Below, in pieces: positions 9,038-18,799 of a stretch of 64,000 nucleotides of DNA. A model generated the notes under the pieces. That model saw only the letters and a program-made list of their open reading frames with translations. It was not told where the DNA came from and searched no databases. Origin of the DNA: Thermoplasmata archaeon. GTDB taxonomy: Archaea; Thermoplasmatota; Thermoplasmata; Lutacidiplasmatales; UBA184. Location of the stretch: the NCBI GenBank assembly GCA_030041175.1, contig JASHOK010000055.1, forward strand, positions 4,171-68,170, written 5' to 3'. Positions within the stretch are counted from its first letter, which is position 1; each line of letters begins with the position of its first letter. The translations under genes were made by a program, and so were the position numbers.

Positions 9038-10956
9038 GGCTGGAAGCCCACGCTCCGCCACAGCCGAGCGCACTCGTAGAGCCGACCCGCCATCAGCACC
9101 TGCTCCACGTTCCGAAGGTCTCGGATGCGGACGAGGGGATTTCCCCGTACGACGATCAGCTCCGCGCGCTTACCGGGCTCGATCGTCCCCACCTCCGCCC
9201 CCATCCCCATGACGCGGGCCGGCACCGCGGAGGCCGCTCGGATCGCCTCCAGGGGCGTCATCCCGGCCTCCACATAGAGCTCGACCTCCCGGTGCAAGCT
9301 GTGGCCCGGCACCGCCTGGTCGGTGCCCGCGACCAGCACAATGCCCGCCGTATGGAGCTGGGTGAGGAGGCCGAGCTGCCGTCGGAAAGCCTCGCCCAAC
9401 TGCTCGGTCTCTACCGTGGCCGGGCCGGGGTTCAGGAACAGGGCCCGCAGCGGCGTCGGTACTTTGGGTACCCCGGGCTCCCACTCCTCGGGGGGATGAG
9501 ACGTCGACATGGTGTACAGCTCCTGCAGTGCCATCGTCGGGTCCACGACCGTTCCGTGGCTTCGCAGAAACTCGATGGCCTCGCGAGCGGCACCGGAGTG
9601 GCAGTCGAGTCGGGCCATGGCGGCGATGCGCTCCGACCGCGGAGCGTCGGGTGCGAGCGGAGGCAGCATCATCGACGCGACGAACCCGATGTGATTGATC
9701 TGGTCCTGACCGGCCTCCACCGCCTCGCGGGTGGTGACCGATGCCGGAACGTGTCCGGTTACCGTGAGCCCTCGGCGGTGGGCCTCGCGGATGACGGCCT
9801 GGAGCGCAGCTTTCGACAAGGAGCTGTACACTTTGATTTGCTGAAACCCGGCCGCAGCGTAGCGTTCGACCCAGTCGGCGGCCTGCTCATCGGTATCAAC
9901 CCGAGCGACGCCGACCGCAGCGGGACCGGACCCGTCCACGACTCCGGCCGCCAGAATCCGGGGTCCGATGCCATGTCCGGTAGCCAGGGCATCTCGGACC
10001 GCCGTGATGAATTCCAGTTCGTTCCCGCAGTCGCGGACCGTCGTGACGCCGGCCGCCAGGTAGATCGGTCCCCACTCGACCTGCTGGAAGTGGGCGTGCA
10101 TGTCCCAGAGACCGGGGAGCAGCGTGCGGCCCGTGGCATCCATCACCGTGGCGCCGGGAGGGACTGCGACCGACGAACCTGGTCCGGCCGCAACGATCCG
10201 CTCTCCGGACACGAGCACCGTGGCCCCGGAGACCGGCGGCGCGCCAGTGCCGTCGATCAGGGTGGCGTTCTCGAACGCGAGTACCCCGGCCGCCCGGGCC
10301 GAGACGCTGTCTCGCGTCTCCCCGAGGGACTGCATTCCATCGGCTCCCGCTAGCCGGATGAAACTCCGGAGGCCGGACTCGTACCCGGCCCGGACGGCCT
10401 CAAAGTGATCGAGCTCGGCGTCGAGGGTGACCACGGCCACCAGGTCGCGGCGGCTGTCGAACCAGAGAGTTTCCCGACCCCAGATGAGGCCCTCGACCGA
10501 GATCCGGTCGAGGGTTTCGGTTCGATCCCCCACCTCGAGGCGGTCCTGCCCTCGGGCCACGATGCGTACGCGGCCCACGGGATAGGTCGGAATCTCAGCG
10601 GGAGAACCCTGCGAGAGCCAGTACCGGACGAGGAGCATCTGCTGGGCCATCGGCGCATAGCCAACGGTCGGGAAGTATCGCCCGGGTCTAGGCACGCTCG
10701 TCGGGCGGTCCCGGTCACGCAGCTCGAGCGTGCCGTCCGTCGCCGCCACGCGTACGTGGACTTCCACCGATCGGGCCATCTTGCCGTCCGCCTCGAAGTG
10801 GAGGGGCCGCAGCGACGAGTCGGCGGTGAATGTGGCCACCAGGGCGACCTCCTGGCCCCGGTCCCGGAACCGGAAGTCCATGCGAGCGCAGAGCTCCCCG
10901 GCCGAGCGGCGAATCTCGTAGGTCTCCTCCCCGACGGCCTGCTGGAACTTGTGCAA
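9034..10956 (-). CDS. amidohydrolase-family metal-dependent hydrolase with an N-terminal extra domain
   Basis: PGLWDMHAHF metal-binding HxH motif, downstream His and Asp ligands (GHVPAS, VAGTDQ), 640 aa. Confidence 0.75.
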   Translation of the reverse strand: MHKFQQAVGEETYEIRRSAGELCARMDFRFRDRGQEVALVATFTADSSLRPLHFEADGKMARSVEVHVRVAATDGTLELRDRDRPTSVPRPGRYFPTVGYAPMAQQMLLVRYWLSQGSPAEIPTYPVGRVRIVARGQDRLEVGDRTETLDRISVEGLIWGRETLWFDSRRDLVAVVTLDAELDHFEAVRAGYESGLRSFIRLAGADGMQSLGETRDSVSARAAGVLAFENATLIDGTGAPPVSGATVLVSGERIVAAGPGSSVAVPPGATVMDATGRTLLPGLWDMHAHFQQVEWGPIYLAAGVTTVRDCGNELEFITAVRDALATGHGIGPRILAAGVVDGSGPAAVGVARVDTDEQAADWVERYAAAGFQQIKVYSSLSKAALQAVIREAHRRGLTVTGHVPASVTTREAVEAGQDQINHIGFVASMMLPPLAPDAPRSERIAAMARLDCHSGAAREAIEFLRSHGTVVDPTMALQELYTMSTSHPPEEWEPGVPKVPTPLRALFLNPGPATVETEQLGEAFRRQLGLLTQLHTAGIVLVAGTDQAVPGHSLHREVELYVEAGMTPLEAIRAASAVPARVMGMGAEVGTIEPGKRAELIVVRGNPLVRIRDLRNVEQVLMAGRLYECARLWRSVGFQP

Positions 10957-11070
10957 CCGGAACTGCCCGGTCTCGGAGTCGCCGGTCCGGGGCGGGGCCG
11001 CCGTCGCGTCCGCCCCCTAGTGCGGCGAGGGGCGAGTCACGGTCCTCGCCTGCTCGACCGGATCCATGGG

Positions 11071-11841
11071 CTACCGTATCGCGACGAGGACCCGATCTTC
11101 GAGGACCTGCCAGACCGTCATCGTGGTCCGGAAACCGGCTCGGCGGAGCGCCGCTACCTGCCCGGGAAGCGGGAGGGCCTTCACGCGCGGGTGCTGCGCG
11201 TGCCGCCGTTCGTGTTCCGCGAAGCTCTCCGCCAACGGCGGCGCACGAGCCGCTTCCTTCCACCAACGCGTCCAGGGCTCGCGTCCCTTCTCCCGAGGCC
11301 GGCCGTGTCGATGGACTCGGTAGATCCGGCGGACCAAGCGCTGGATCTCGGCGTCCCGTGGGCTCTCGGGCAGATGGTCCCCGTTCACGAAAACCCCGCC
11401 CGGGCGAAGGACTCGGGCCAGGTCCCGGTAGGTTTGCCGGAGGGTGGTTGGGGGGAGCCAATGGAGTGCGGTCGTGCTGACCGCTGCGTCGAACCGCCGG
11501 TACGGCAGCCGGTCGGTCCATCCGGGCGCACCGATCTTCGTGTCGAGCCACTGCAGCCGACCGTGGTAGCTTCCGAGCGCCCCTCGGCCGATCCGCAGGA
11601 CCACGGGGTCATAGTCGACCGCGACGCACCGGGCCCGGGGAAAGCGGCGCAGGACCCGGAGGCTGAGAGGTCCGGGCCCGGAGCCGAGGTCAAGTACCCG
11701 GGGAGCGGACCCGACCGCGGCTTCCAAGACATCCATCATGAGATGGAACCGGCGTTCGCGGGCGGGGACGACGGCCTCCTGCTGAGCATCCCACCGCCCC
11801 AGCCACCGGTTCCAGTAGGCGCGAGTCGGAGCTCGAGGCAT
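11071..11841 (-). CDS. class I SAM-dependent methyltransferase
   Basis: VLDLGSGPG motif I and a Rossmann-fold pattern. Start taken at MPRAPTR. The further N-terminal ORF extension is antisense to nothing recognisable and is rejected. Confidence 0.65.
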   Translation of the reverse strand: MPRAPTRAYWNRWLGRWDAQQEAVVPARERRFHLMMDVLEAAVGSAPRVLDLGSGPGPLSLRVLRRFPRARCVAVDYDPVVLRIGRGALGSYHGRLQWLDTKIGAPGWTDRLPYRRFDAAVSTTALHWLPPTTLRQTYRDLARVLRPGGVFVNGDHLPESPRDAEIQRLVRRIYRVHRHGRPREKGREPWTRWWKEAARAPPLAESFAEHERRHAQHPRVKALPLPGQVAALRRAGFRTTMTVWQVLEDRVLVAIR

Positions 11842-11894
11842 GGGCGGTCCAACCCCTGGTCCCAAATGAAACCGGCCTGCCGGCGCACGGGCCT

Positions 11895-12317
11895 TCAGCG
11901 GCGCACGCGCTCGGCCAGTCGGACCAGGTCGTCTCGAGCTGGCGTGCTGGCCTTGGTCTCCCACCACTCGGTCAACCGCAGGCCATCGTCCTGGACCCGA
12001 GGGATGACATGCAGATGGAGGTGGAAGACGCTCTGCTCCGACCCGGGCCCACTCGCGACGAGGAGGTTCTCTCCGGTCGTTCCCAGGGCTTGGCGGAGGC
12101 GCCGCTGCACCTCGGTAGTGAGCTCGCACACCGCCCGCCAATCTTCCGGGGCAATCGAAGCGAGATCGAGCGTATGCGCCTTCGGAATCACGAGCGCGTG
12201 ACCGGGCCGCAGCGGACGAATATCCAGGAAGGCGAAGGCCCGTTCGGTCTCGGCAATCCAGTACGGGACCATCGACCGGTCGTGAATGAGTCGACAGAAG
12301 ATGCAGTCCTCGGGCAC
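11895..12317 (-). CDS. HIT-family (histidine triad) nucleotide hydrolase
   Basis: HLHLHVIP histidine triad; 140 aa. Confidence 0.85.
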   Translation of the reverse strand: MPEDCIFCRLIHDRSMVPYWIAETERAFAFLDIRPLRPGHALVIPKAHTLDLASIAPEDWRAVCELTTEVQRRLRQALGTTGENLLVASGPGSEQSVFHLHLHVIPRVQDDGLRLTEWWETKASTPARDDLVRLAERVRR

Positions 12318-12370
12318 AGCCTCCCGAGAGTGCCCTGAGGGAAAACCCCTCCGGAGCGGCCGGCTCGCCC

Positions 12371-15133
12371 TTACCGCCGGGCCGGCGGGGCACGCTCGCC
12401 GACCTTTCGGAGGACGAACGGCAAGATGCCGCCCGAGCGGTAGTACTCCATCTCGGGCTCGGAGTCGATGCGGATCCGGGCCCGGAAGCGTCGCTCCGTA
12501 CCCCCCTCGTCGGTCGCGACGACCTCGAGTTCCCCGTGGGGCCCGAAAGCTCCCCCCTCGGGGACTCGGAGGGCAAAGGTCTCACGACCGGTGAGCCCGA
12601 GGGAATTCACGCTCTCCCCGGGCCGGAATTCCAGCGGCAGAACGCCCATCCCGACGAGGTTGCTCCGGTGGATCCGCTCGTAACTTTGGGCGATCACGGC
12701 CCGAACTCCGAGCAGCCGGGGGCCCTTGGCCGCCCAGTCCCGCGAACTGCCCTGTCCGTAATTCGCTCCCGCGAGCACGAGTAAGGGAACTCCTTCCGTC
12801 CGGTACCGCTCAGCGGCCCCGAACACCGTCAGCAGGTCATTGGAGGGCAGGTGCCGGGTCCACCCGCCTTCCTGGGGCGCGACCAGGGCGTTCTTGATGC
12901 GGACATTCGCAAAGGTCCCGCGGATCATGACCTCGTGGTTGCCTCGACGCGTGCCAAAGGTGTTGAAGTCGGCCGGCGCCACGCCGTGCGACTGAAGGTA
13001 CTGTCCCGCAGGGCCGTCCGCCGGAATCTCGCCCGCCGGCGAGATGTGGTCCGTGGACACCCGATCCCCGAGCACCACGAGCGCTCGCGCCCCATCCAGG
13101 ACCCGGGACTGGGTGGGCAACGCCGGGGGCGAGAGATCGAAGTAGGGCGGCTCGCGGAGGTAGGTCGAGTCCGGGTCCCAGCGATACACGGGTCCTTGCA
13201 GATCCGGGAGCTGCTCCCAGTGCGGGTCCCCGATGGTGATCTTCCGGTACTCGTCCACGTACATGCCGGCGGTCAAACTCTTCTCGACCATGGCGCGGAC
13301 CTCTTCGGGTCGGGGCCACAGATCCCGAAGGTAGACCGGGTGACCCTCGGCATCGCGGCCGAGCGCCTCGCGCGTGAGGTCGATATCCATCCGCCCCGCG
13401 AGCGCGTAGGCGACGACGAGCATCGGGGACATCAGATAATTGGCCCGGACCAGGTTGTGGATCCGAGCCTCAAAGTTCCGGTTCCCGCTCAGGACGGCGG
13501 CGACGTAGAGATCGCCGTCCTTGACCGCGGATTCGACGGCCGGCGGGAGCGGCCCGGCGTTGCCGATGCACGTGGTACATCCGTAGCCCACCAGGTTGAA
13601 TCCTAGCGCGTTCAACGAGGGCGTGAGACCGGCACGATCGAGGTAGTCCGTGACGACCTTGGACCCCGGCGCGAGCGAAGTTTTCACGTACGAAGGCGGA
13701 TGCAGGCCCTTGGCCTGGGCCTTCTGCGCCAGCAGCCCGGCACCGATCATCACCGACGGATTCGATGTGTTGGTGCAGCTGGTGATGGCCGCAATAACGA
13801 CAGTGCCGTCGTGGACTCGGCCATTCGCGGGCGCTACTCCGCCGCTTCCCGGCGCGCCGTCGGGCTGGAGAGGGTCATCGGCCGGATAGGCGGGACTGGC
13901 GGAAGCAGCCGCGGGGCGACTCGTTCGATAGGCTGCGAGAGCTGCACGGAAGGACGTCGGAGCTTGGGAGAGCGGCACGCTTTCGTCCGGGTTTCGGGGC
14001 CCCGAAACGGTTGGCACGATGCTCGACAGGTCGAGCAGGAGTTCTTCGTCAAACTCGAGCGACTCCGACTCGGGGTCACTCCAGAGGCCCTGGCGCTTGG
14101 CATACGCCTCCACGCGAGCGAGGACCGGCTCGGGCCGTCCGGTCCCGCGGAGATACGATAGCGTCGCCTCGTCGACGGGGAACAATGCCGAGGTTGCGCC
14201 GTACTCGGGACACATGTTGGAGATTGTCGCCCGATCGGGAACGGTCAGATGGCGAAGGCCGGGGCCGTAGAATTCCACGAACTTGTCGACCACGCCGTGC
14301 TCCCGCAGCTTGCGAGCGACCGTCAGCACCAGATCGGTCGCCGTGGAGCCGGCCGGGAGCTCTCCGGTCAGGCGCACGCCCACCACGGTAGGGGTGGACA
14401 GAAAGTAGGGCTCCCCGAGCATGGCCGCTTCGGCTTCGATACCCCCGACGCCCCAACCGAGGACACCGGCTCCGTTGACCATGGTCGTGTGGGAGTCGGT
14501 GCCGATCACCGTGTCCGGATACACGACGGCGCCGCCGTCGTGCTCGGCTCTCGTAACGACCGACGCGAGGTACTCCAGGTTGACCTGGTGCACGATGCCG
14601 TTACCAGGCGGAACGACTCGGAATTGCTCGAAGGCGGTACGCGCCCATCGGAGGAGAACGTAGCGTTCGGAGTTTCTTTGATACTCGTGATCAAGGTTGA
14701 TCAGCAGGGACCCCGGCTTCCCGTAACTGTCGACCTGTACCGAGTGGTCCACGACCAGATCGACCGGAATGTCCGGGTTGACCAGGGTCGGGTCCAGCTT
14801 CCCGCGGAGCGCAGCCGACCGGAGCGCCGTGAGGTCGACCAGCACCGGAACGCCCGTGAAATCCTGCAGGAGGATCCGTTCCGGCCGGAACGGGAACTCC
14901 CCCTTCCACTGCCGGTGCTCTCCGTGGGCCAGCGCCCGAAGCATCTCGGCCTCCTCCCGAGAACCGCTCGCGTGACGGAGGAGATTTTCGAGGAGGACTC
15001 GGATGGTCTTCGGGCGTCGCTGCAGTCGGGAACGATCGATACCGGGAATCTTGTCGATCGCGTAGAGAACGGAGGTTTCCCCACCCGCGGAGAAGGGTTC
15101 GGTAACGCCCCACGAATCTCCCTGATGCCTCAT
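12371..15133 (-). CDS. acnA: aconitate hydratase A
   Basis: 920 aa with full-length aconitase family similarity, including Fe-S cluster Cys ligands (CTNTSNP, CTTCIGN) and the SGNRNFE motif. Confidence 0.9.
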   Translation of the reverse strand: MRHQGDSWGVTEPFSAGGETSVLYAIDKIPGIDRSRLQRRPKTIRVLLENLLRHASGSREEAEMLRALAHGEHRQWKGEFPFRPERILLQDFTGVPVLVDLTALRSAALRGKLDPTLVNPDIPVDLVVDHSVQVDSYGKPGSLLINLDHEYQRNSERYVLLRWARTAFEQFRVVPPGNGIVHQVNLEYLASVVTRAEHDGGAVVYPDTVIGTDSHTTMVNGAGVLGWGVGGIEAEAAMLGEPYFLSTPTVVGVRLTGELPAGSTATDLVLTVARKLREHGVVDKFVEFYGPGLRHLTVPDRATISNMCPEYGATSALFPVDEATLSYLRGTGRPEPVLARVEAYAKRQGLWSDPESESLEFDEELLLDLSSIVPTVSGPRNPDESVPLSQAPTSFRAALAAYRTSRPAAASASPAYPADDPLQPDGAPGSGGVAPANGRVHDGTVVIAAITSCTNTSNPSVMIGAGLLAQKAQAKGLHPPSYVKTSLAPGSKVVTDYLDRAGLTPSLNALGFNLVGYGCTTCIGNAGPLPPAVESAVKDGDLYVAAVLSGNRNFEARIHNLVRANYLMSPMLVVAYALAGRMDIDLTREALGRDAEGHPVYLRDLWPRPEEVRAMVEKSLTAGMYVDEYRKITIGDPHWEQLPDLQGPVYRWDPDSTYLREPPYFDLSPPALPTQSRVLDGARALVVLGDRVSTDHISPAGEIPADGPAGQYLQSHGVAPADFNTFGTRRGNHEVMIRGTFANVRIKNALVAPQEGGWTRHLPSNDLLTVFGAAERYRTEGVPLLVLAGANYGQGSSRDWAAKGPRLLGVRAVIAQSYERIHRSNLVGMGVLPLEFRPGESVNSLGLTGRETFALRVPEGGAFGPHGELEVVATDEGGTERRFRARIRIDSEPEMEYYRSGGILPFVLRKVGERAPPARR

Positions 15134-15295
15134 TCCACGCCCTCCCGCTGCGAACGGATTCCCGGGCGAGTCCCGGGACTCTTATCCCTGTTGCCCGGGG
15201 GCACGGCGGTCTCGGTCGACCCTTCGTCCGAAGGCCCGGCCATCGCACGAGGGAGTAAGTTCCGATTCACTCCGGAGTTAAGCCGCGGCCCCTGG

Positions 15296-16846
15296 ATGGA
15301 AAGCGCACGAGCTTTCCGTATGCATAGTCTCCCCCGCATCGTGGGTGCCATCACGGACCCGGATCGCCCCCTCGGGGTGGCGTTGCTGGACCGTCGGGGC
15401 CGTCTTAGGTCGGCCAACCCTGCGATGCTGGAGCTACTTGGGGGTGGCCCGGGACTCCTGAGTAGCAGTTTGCTCGAGCTCGCCGCCTTTGCGGAGGCCG
15501 GCTTGGAGGGCCCGCTGGGGCTCGCCCTCCGCGAGGGCCGGGCCTCTGCAGTCCGGGCGGCCCGGTACCAACCCCGACCGGGGAAGGAACTCCTGCTCGA
15601 CGTGGAGTTCCAACCGGTACTCGGTCCGGACGGGGAACCCGATGTCGTGGTCCTGCTCTTTGCCGACGTGACCGCAGGACCTTACCAGGCGGGCCGGGCC
15701 GCGATGTTCTTCCAGGCGTTCCAGCATAGCACCAACGCCATCGAAATCACTGATCGGGATGGCGTGTACGTCGACGTGAACCCGGCGTTCGAGCGTATCT
15801 ACGGGTACACTCGGGCCGAAGTCGTCGGGCAACGTCCTCGGCTGATCTCCAGCCCGAAGACGCCCCGGAGCGTCTTCGTCGACATGTGGGCGGCGCTGCG
15901 GGATCCCAAGCGTGGCGTGTGGTCCGGCGAGATCACGAACGTCGACCGGAACGGACGGGAACATCCTGTCTTCCTGGACGTGAGTGCCCTCCGTGACTCG
16001 TCCGGACAGCCCGTCTACTACGTCGGGGTGGCGACCGACCTGACAGAGCTCAAGACCATTCAGCTGCAGAGCATCCGGGCGGAGCGACTGGCTTCGCTGG
16101 GACAGCTTGCTGCCGGCGTAGCCCACGAACTCAACACCCCGCTGGCGAACATCATGCTCATTGCCGAGTCCCTCCAACGCCGCGGTCGATCTCCCTGGGT
16201 CGCCTCTCGGGCCGAGGCGGTCATCGGGCAGGTGGATGTGGCTTCCCACGTTGTCTCGGGCCTACTCGATTTCGGCCGATACCACCCCGCAGTGACCGAA
16301 CCGGTAGAGCTGGAGCCGCTCGTCAAGGAGGCCATCTCCTTCGTCAAGGGAAAACGATCCCCCGACGTCGAGGTCGTGGTTACGTCGACGCTCGGCGGTC
16401 TCCAGGTCCCAGTGAACCGGGTTCAGATCCTTCAGGTGCTGGTGAATATTCTGAACAACGCGTACGATGCCATGAACGACCACGGGCAGATCCGGGTCGA
16501 GAGTCGTCTCGCCGGACGTGTGGTCGAAATTGCGGTCTCGGACAACGGTCCGGGGATTCCGGACGAAGTACTCCCGCACATTTTCGAGCCGTTCTTCACG
16601 ACCAAGAGCGACGGGAAGGGTACCGGCTTGGGCCTAGCGATCTGCCACGGGATCGTCACGAGCCACGGCGGGACCCTCGGCGTAGGCACCGCGCTAGGTA
16701 AGGGAACGACCTTTACGATCCGGCTGCCACTCCCAGCCCTCCCGGCCCTGAACTCCGAGGGTAGGAAAACTCCGGCCTCACAACCGACCAGCGTTAAGTC
16801 GCCGAGGACCTCACCCAGTCATGCGCATCCTCGTCGTGGACGATGA
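15296..16846 (+). CDS. PAS-domain sensor histidine kinase
   Basis: PAS domain (NAIEITDRDGVYVDVNPAFERIYGY), HisKA H-box (AAGVAHELNTPL), and HATPase N, G1 and G2 boxes (NAYDAM, DNGPGI, GTGLGL). The upstream 349 codons of the six-frame ORF are rejected. Confidence 0.8.
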   Translation: MESARAFRMHSLPRIVGAITDPDRPLGVALLDRRGRLRSANPAMLELLGGGPGLLSSSLLELAAFAEAGLEGPLGLALREGRASAVRAARYQPRPGKELLLDVEFQPVLGPDGEPDVVVLLFADVTAGPYQAGRAAMFFQAFQHSTNAIEITDRDGVYVDVNPAFERIYGYTRAEVVGQRPRLISSPKTPRSVFVDMWAALRDPKRGVWSGEITNVDRNGREHPVFLDVSALRDSSGQPVYYVGVATDLTELKTIQLQSIRAERLASLGQLAAGVAHELNTPLANIMLIAESLQRRGRSPWVASRAEAVIGQVDVASHVVSGLLDFGRYHPAVTEPVELEPLVKEAISFVKGKRSPDVEVVVTSTLGGLQVPVNRVQILQVLVNILNNAYDAMNDHGQIRVESRLAGRVVEIAVSDNGPGIPDEVLPHIFEPFFTTKSDGKGTGLGLAICHGIVTSHGGTLGVGTALGKGTTFTIRLPLPALPALNSEGRKTPASQPTSVKSPRTSPSHAHPRRGR

Positions 16847-17912
16847 CCCCATCTTCCGCGAGGAATTGACCACCTTCCTCTCGGACCAGGGACACACCAC
16901 CTTCGAGGCGCCCTCGGTACGCCGGGCACTGGAGATCCTGGAGTCCGAGAGCGTAGATGTGCTCTTTTCGGACCTGAAGATGCCGCGGCAGAGCGGCCTG
17001 GACCTCCTCGGTGAAGTTCACCGACGGTGGCCGAGCATCTTCACCGTGATGGTCACCGGATTCGCCACAGTCCAGACCGCGGTCGAAGCGATGAAGGAGG
17101 GCGCCTTCGACTACATCGCCAAGCCGTTCCGAACGGCCCAGCTCGAGCAGGTCCTTCACCTCATCGAAGAACAGCGAGCCTTCCGCGACAGCCATCTGCC
17201 GACCGGGACCGCTGTCGAACTGGCCCGCGAGCTGGCGCGCCGAAACCATACGCGAATTCTGTACGCCGACGTGCCTCCGGCCCCGAAGGGAGAGGCCCTC
17301 GAGTTCCTGGCCTTCGACGGGCGTTCTCCCTCGGAGCTCCCCCATGCGCTAGAGACCTTTCTGCAGCAGAACCCGACGGGGGGCCTCGTCGTTGCGCAAG
17401 CCGACCGGATGGTGGCGGGTCACCGGCTCGAGGATATCGTCGCAGTCCTCGAGAACCTCCGCCAGCGCCTCGAGGGTAAGGGGCCGTTGGCGATCAGCAT
17501 CGATCCGACCCGGCTATCCAAAGGCCAGGCCGAGGCGCTCCGGACCGCGGTCACCGCCCCCGCGGTGCAGACGGCGCTGGAAGCGCTGTCGAGTCCGATT
17601 CGGCGACGGGTGCTCTTCCGGCTGACCAAGGGACCGGCCAGCTTCAGCGAGGCGATGCACGCGGCCGAGCTGGACGACTCCCCGAAGCTGGCCTTTCATC
17701 TACACCGGCTCGTCGACGAGGGGCTGATCGCCCACCTGGGAGAGCAGTACCGTCTCACACCCAAGGGCCAGAGCGCCGTGACCGTACTCCGAGAGATGGA
17801 GGACATTGCCGCCGGCAAGGGCTCGAAGACGGTCGTCTATCAGACCCCGCCGACGGCCGCGCCGGTAAGTGGGACCCCTGCTGCGGCCGCAGTTCGAAAG
17901 AAGCGGCGGTGA
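16821..17912 (+). CDS. response regulator: CheY-like receiver plus middle domain of unknown function plus C-terminal ArsR-like winged helix
   Basis: Receiver motifs MRILVVDDD...DVLFSDLKMP. C-terminal wHTH (IRRRVLFRLTKGPASFSE...HLHRLVDEGLI). Overlaps the HK by 26 nt. Confidence 0.75.
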   Translation: MRILVVDDDPIFREELTTFLSDQGHTTFEAPSVRRALEILESESVDVLFSDLKMPRQSGLDLLGEVHRRWPSIFTVMVTGFATVQTAVEAMKEGAFDYIAKPFRTAQLEQVLHLIEEQRAFRDSHLPTGTAVELARELARRNHTRILYADVPPAPKGEALEFLAFDGRSPSELPHALETFLQQNPTGGLVVAQADRMVAGHRLEDIVAVLENLRQRLEGKGPLAISIDPTRLSKGQAEALRTAVTAPAVQTALEALSSPIRRRVLFRLTKGPASFSEAMHAAELDDSPKLAFHLHRLVDEGLIAHLGEQYRLTPKGQSAVTVLREMEDIAAGKGSKTVVYQTPPTAAPVSGTPAAAAVRKKRR

Positions 17913-18001
17913 ACCCGGTCGTCGGCACGAGCGGGACGTCCGGGGGTACTCGCGGGCACGTCAGCCCGGCTTGACTGGGTTTCCTAATACCGGTCCATCG
18001 G

Positions 18002-18631
18002 ATGGGAGCGGCGAGGCGGACACCGATGGTGGAACTGGTTCGCAAGCGCCAGGTCGAGCAAGGGTGGCTCGTCCAGCACTCGGAGGGACTGAAGACCGCA
18101 TTCCGAGTGATCTTCGGCGGCGTCTGGCTCATCGATGGGGCCCTGAAGTTTGCCCCGGGGCTCGTCGCGCAATTTCCGGCCATGGTCGCCCAGGCTGGAC
18201 AGGGCCAACCCGCCTGGTTGCATCCCTGGTTCAGTTTCTGGGCCAGTCAAGCCGCCGCGGCTCCGGCGTTCTGGGTCTACGCCACCGGAACGTTGGAACT
18301 GGCCCTCGCCTTCTGCCTGATCTTTGGCTTCCTCCGGAAGGTCGCGTACGCCGGTGGAATTGTGCTGAGTCTGCTCATCTGGGCGGTCCCGGAGGGCTTC
18401 GGTGGGCCGTACGGCCCGGGGGCCACCGACATTGGAACCGGCATCGTCTATGCGATCATGTTCCTCGCGCTGATCACGCTGAACGCGGGATACGGGCCCA
18501 GCCGCTGGAGCCTCGACTACTACATCGAGGAACGGTGGCCTCGGTGGGGCGCTTACGCCGAGTTCCAGAAGCTTGTCCCGCCGGAAGACCTGGACTCGAT
18601 CCCCGTCGAGCGGGCGGGATCGGGCGCCTAG
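18002..18631 (+). CDS. DoxX-like integral membrane protein
   Basis: Four predicted TM helices with a DoxX-like N-terminal pattern (VIFGGVWLIDGALKF). Confidence 0.55.
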   Translation: MGAARRTPMVELVRKRQVEQGWLVQHSEGLKTAFRVIFGGVWLIDGALKFAPGLVAQFPAMVAQAGQGQPAWLHPWFSFWASQAAAAPAFWVYATGTLELALAFCLIFGFLRKVAYAGGIVLSLLIWAVPEGFGGPYGPGATDIGTGIVYAIMFLALITLNAGYGPSRWSLDYYIEERWPRWGAYAEFQKLVPPEDLDSIPVERAGSGA

Positions 18632-18799
18632 CGACTCCCACACGCTGCGTCAAGCCGACTTGAGATGGGATATTTCCCCGCGCCACGGCATTCCCTGTCG
18701 TCGGGTCGTTGGTGGTATCGCTGTCGCAGCCAGCGGTGCTTCTAAGGGCCCGGCACCGAGGGTCGGGTCGCTACAGACGGAATGAGTCCGCCCTGACAG

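Noticed and set aside
10405-12201. 598-aa plus-strand ORF across the amidohydrolase and SAM-methyltransferase region
   Set aside because: Antisense to two well-supported minus-strand genes; the translation is Arg/Pro-rich and motif-free.
14249-15295. N-terminal 349 codons of the 865-aa ORF that contains the histidine kinase
   Set aside because: This portion is antisense to aconitase and has no sensor-domain features. The kinase begins at the ATG at 15296, after a 160-bp divergent spacer.
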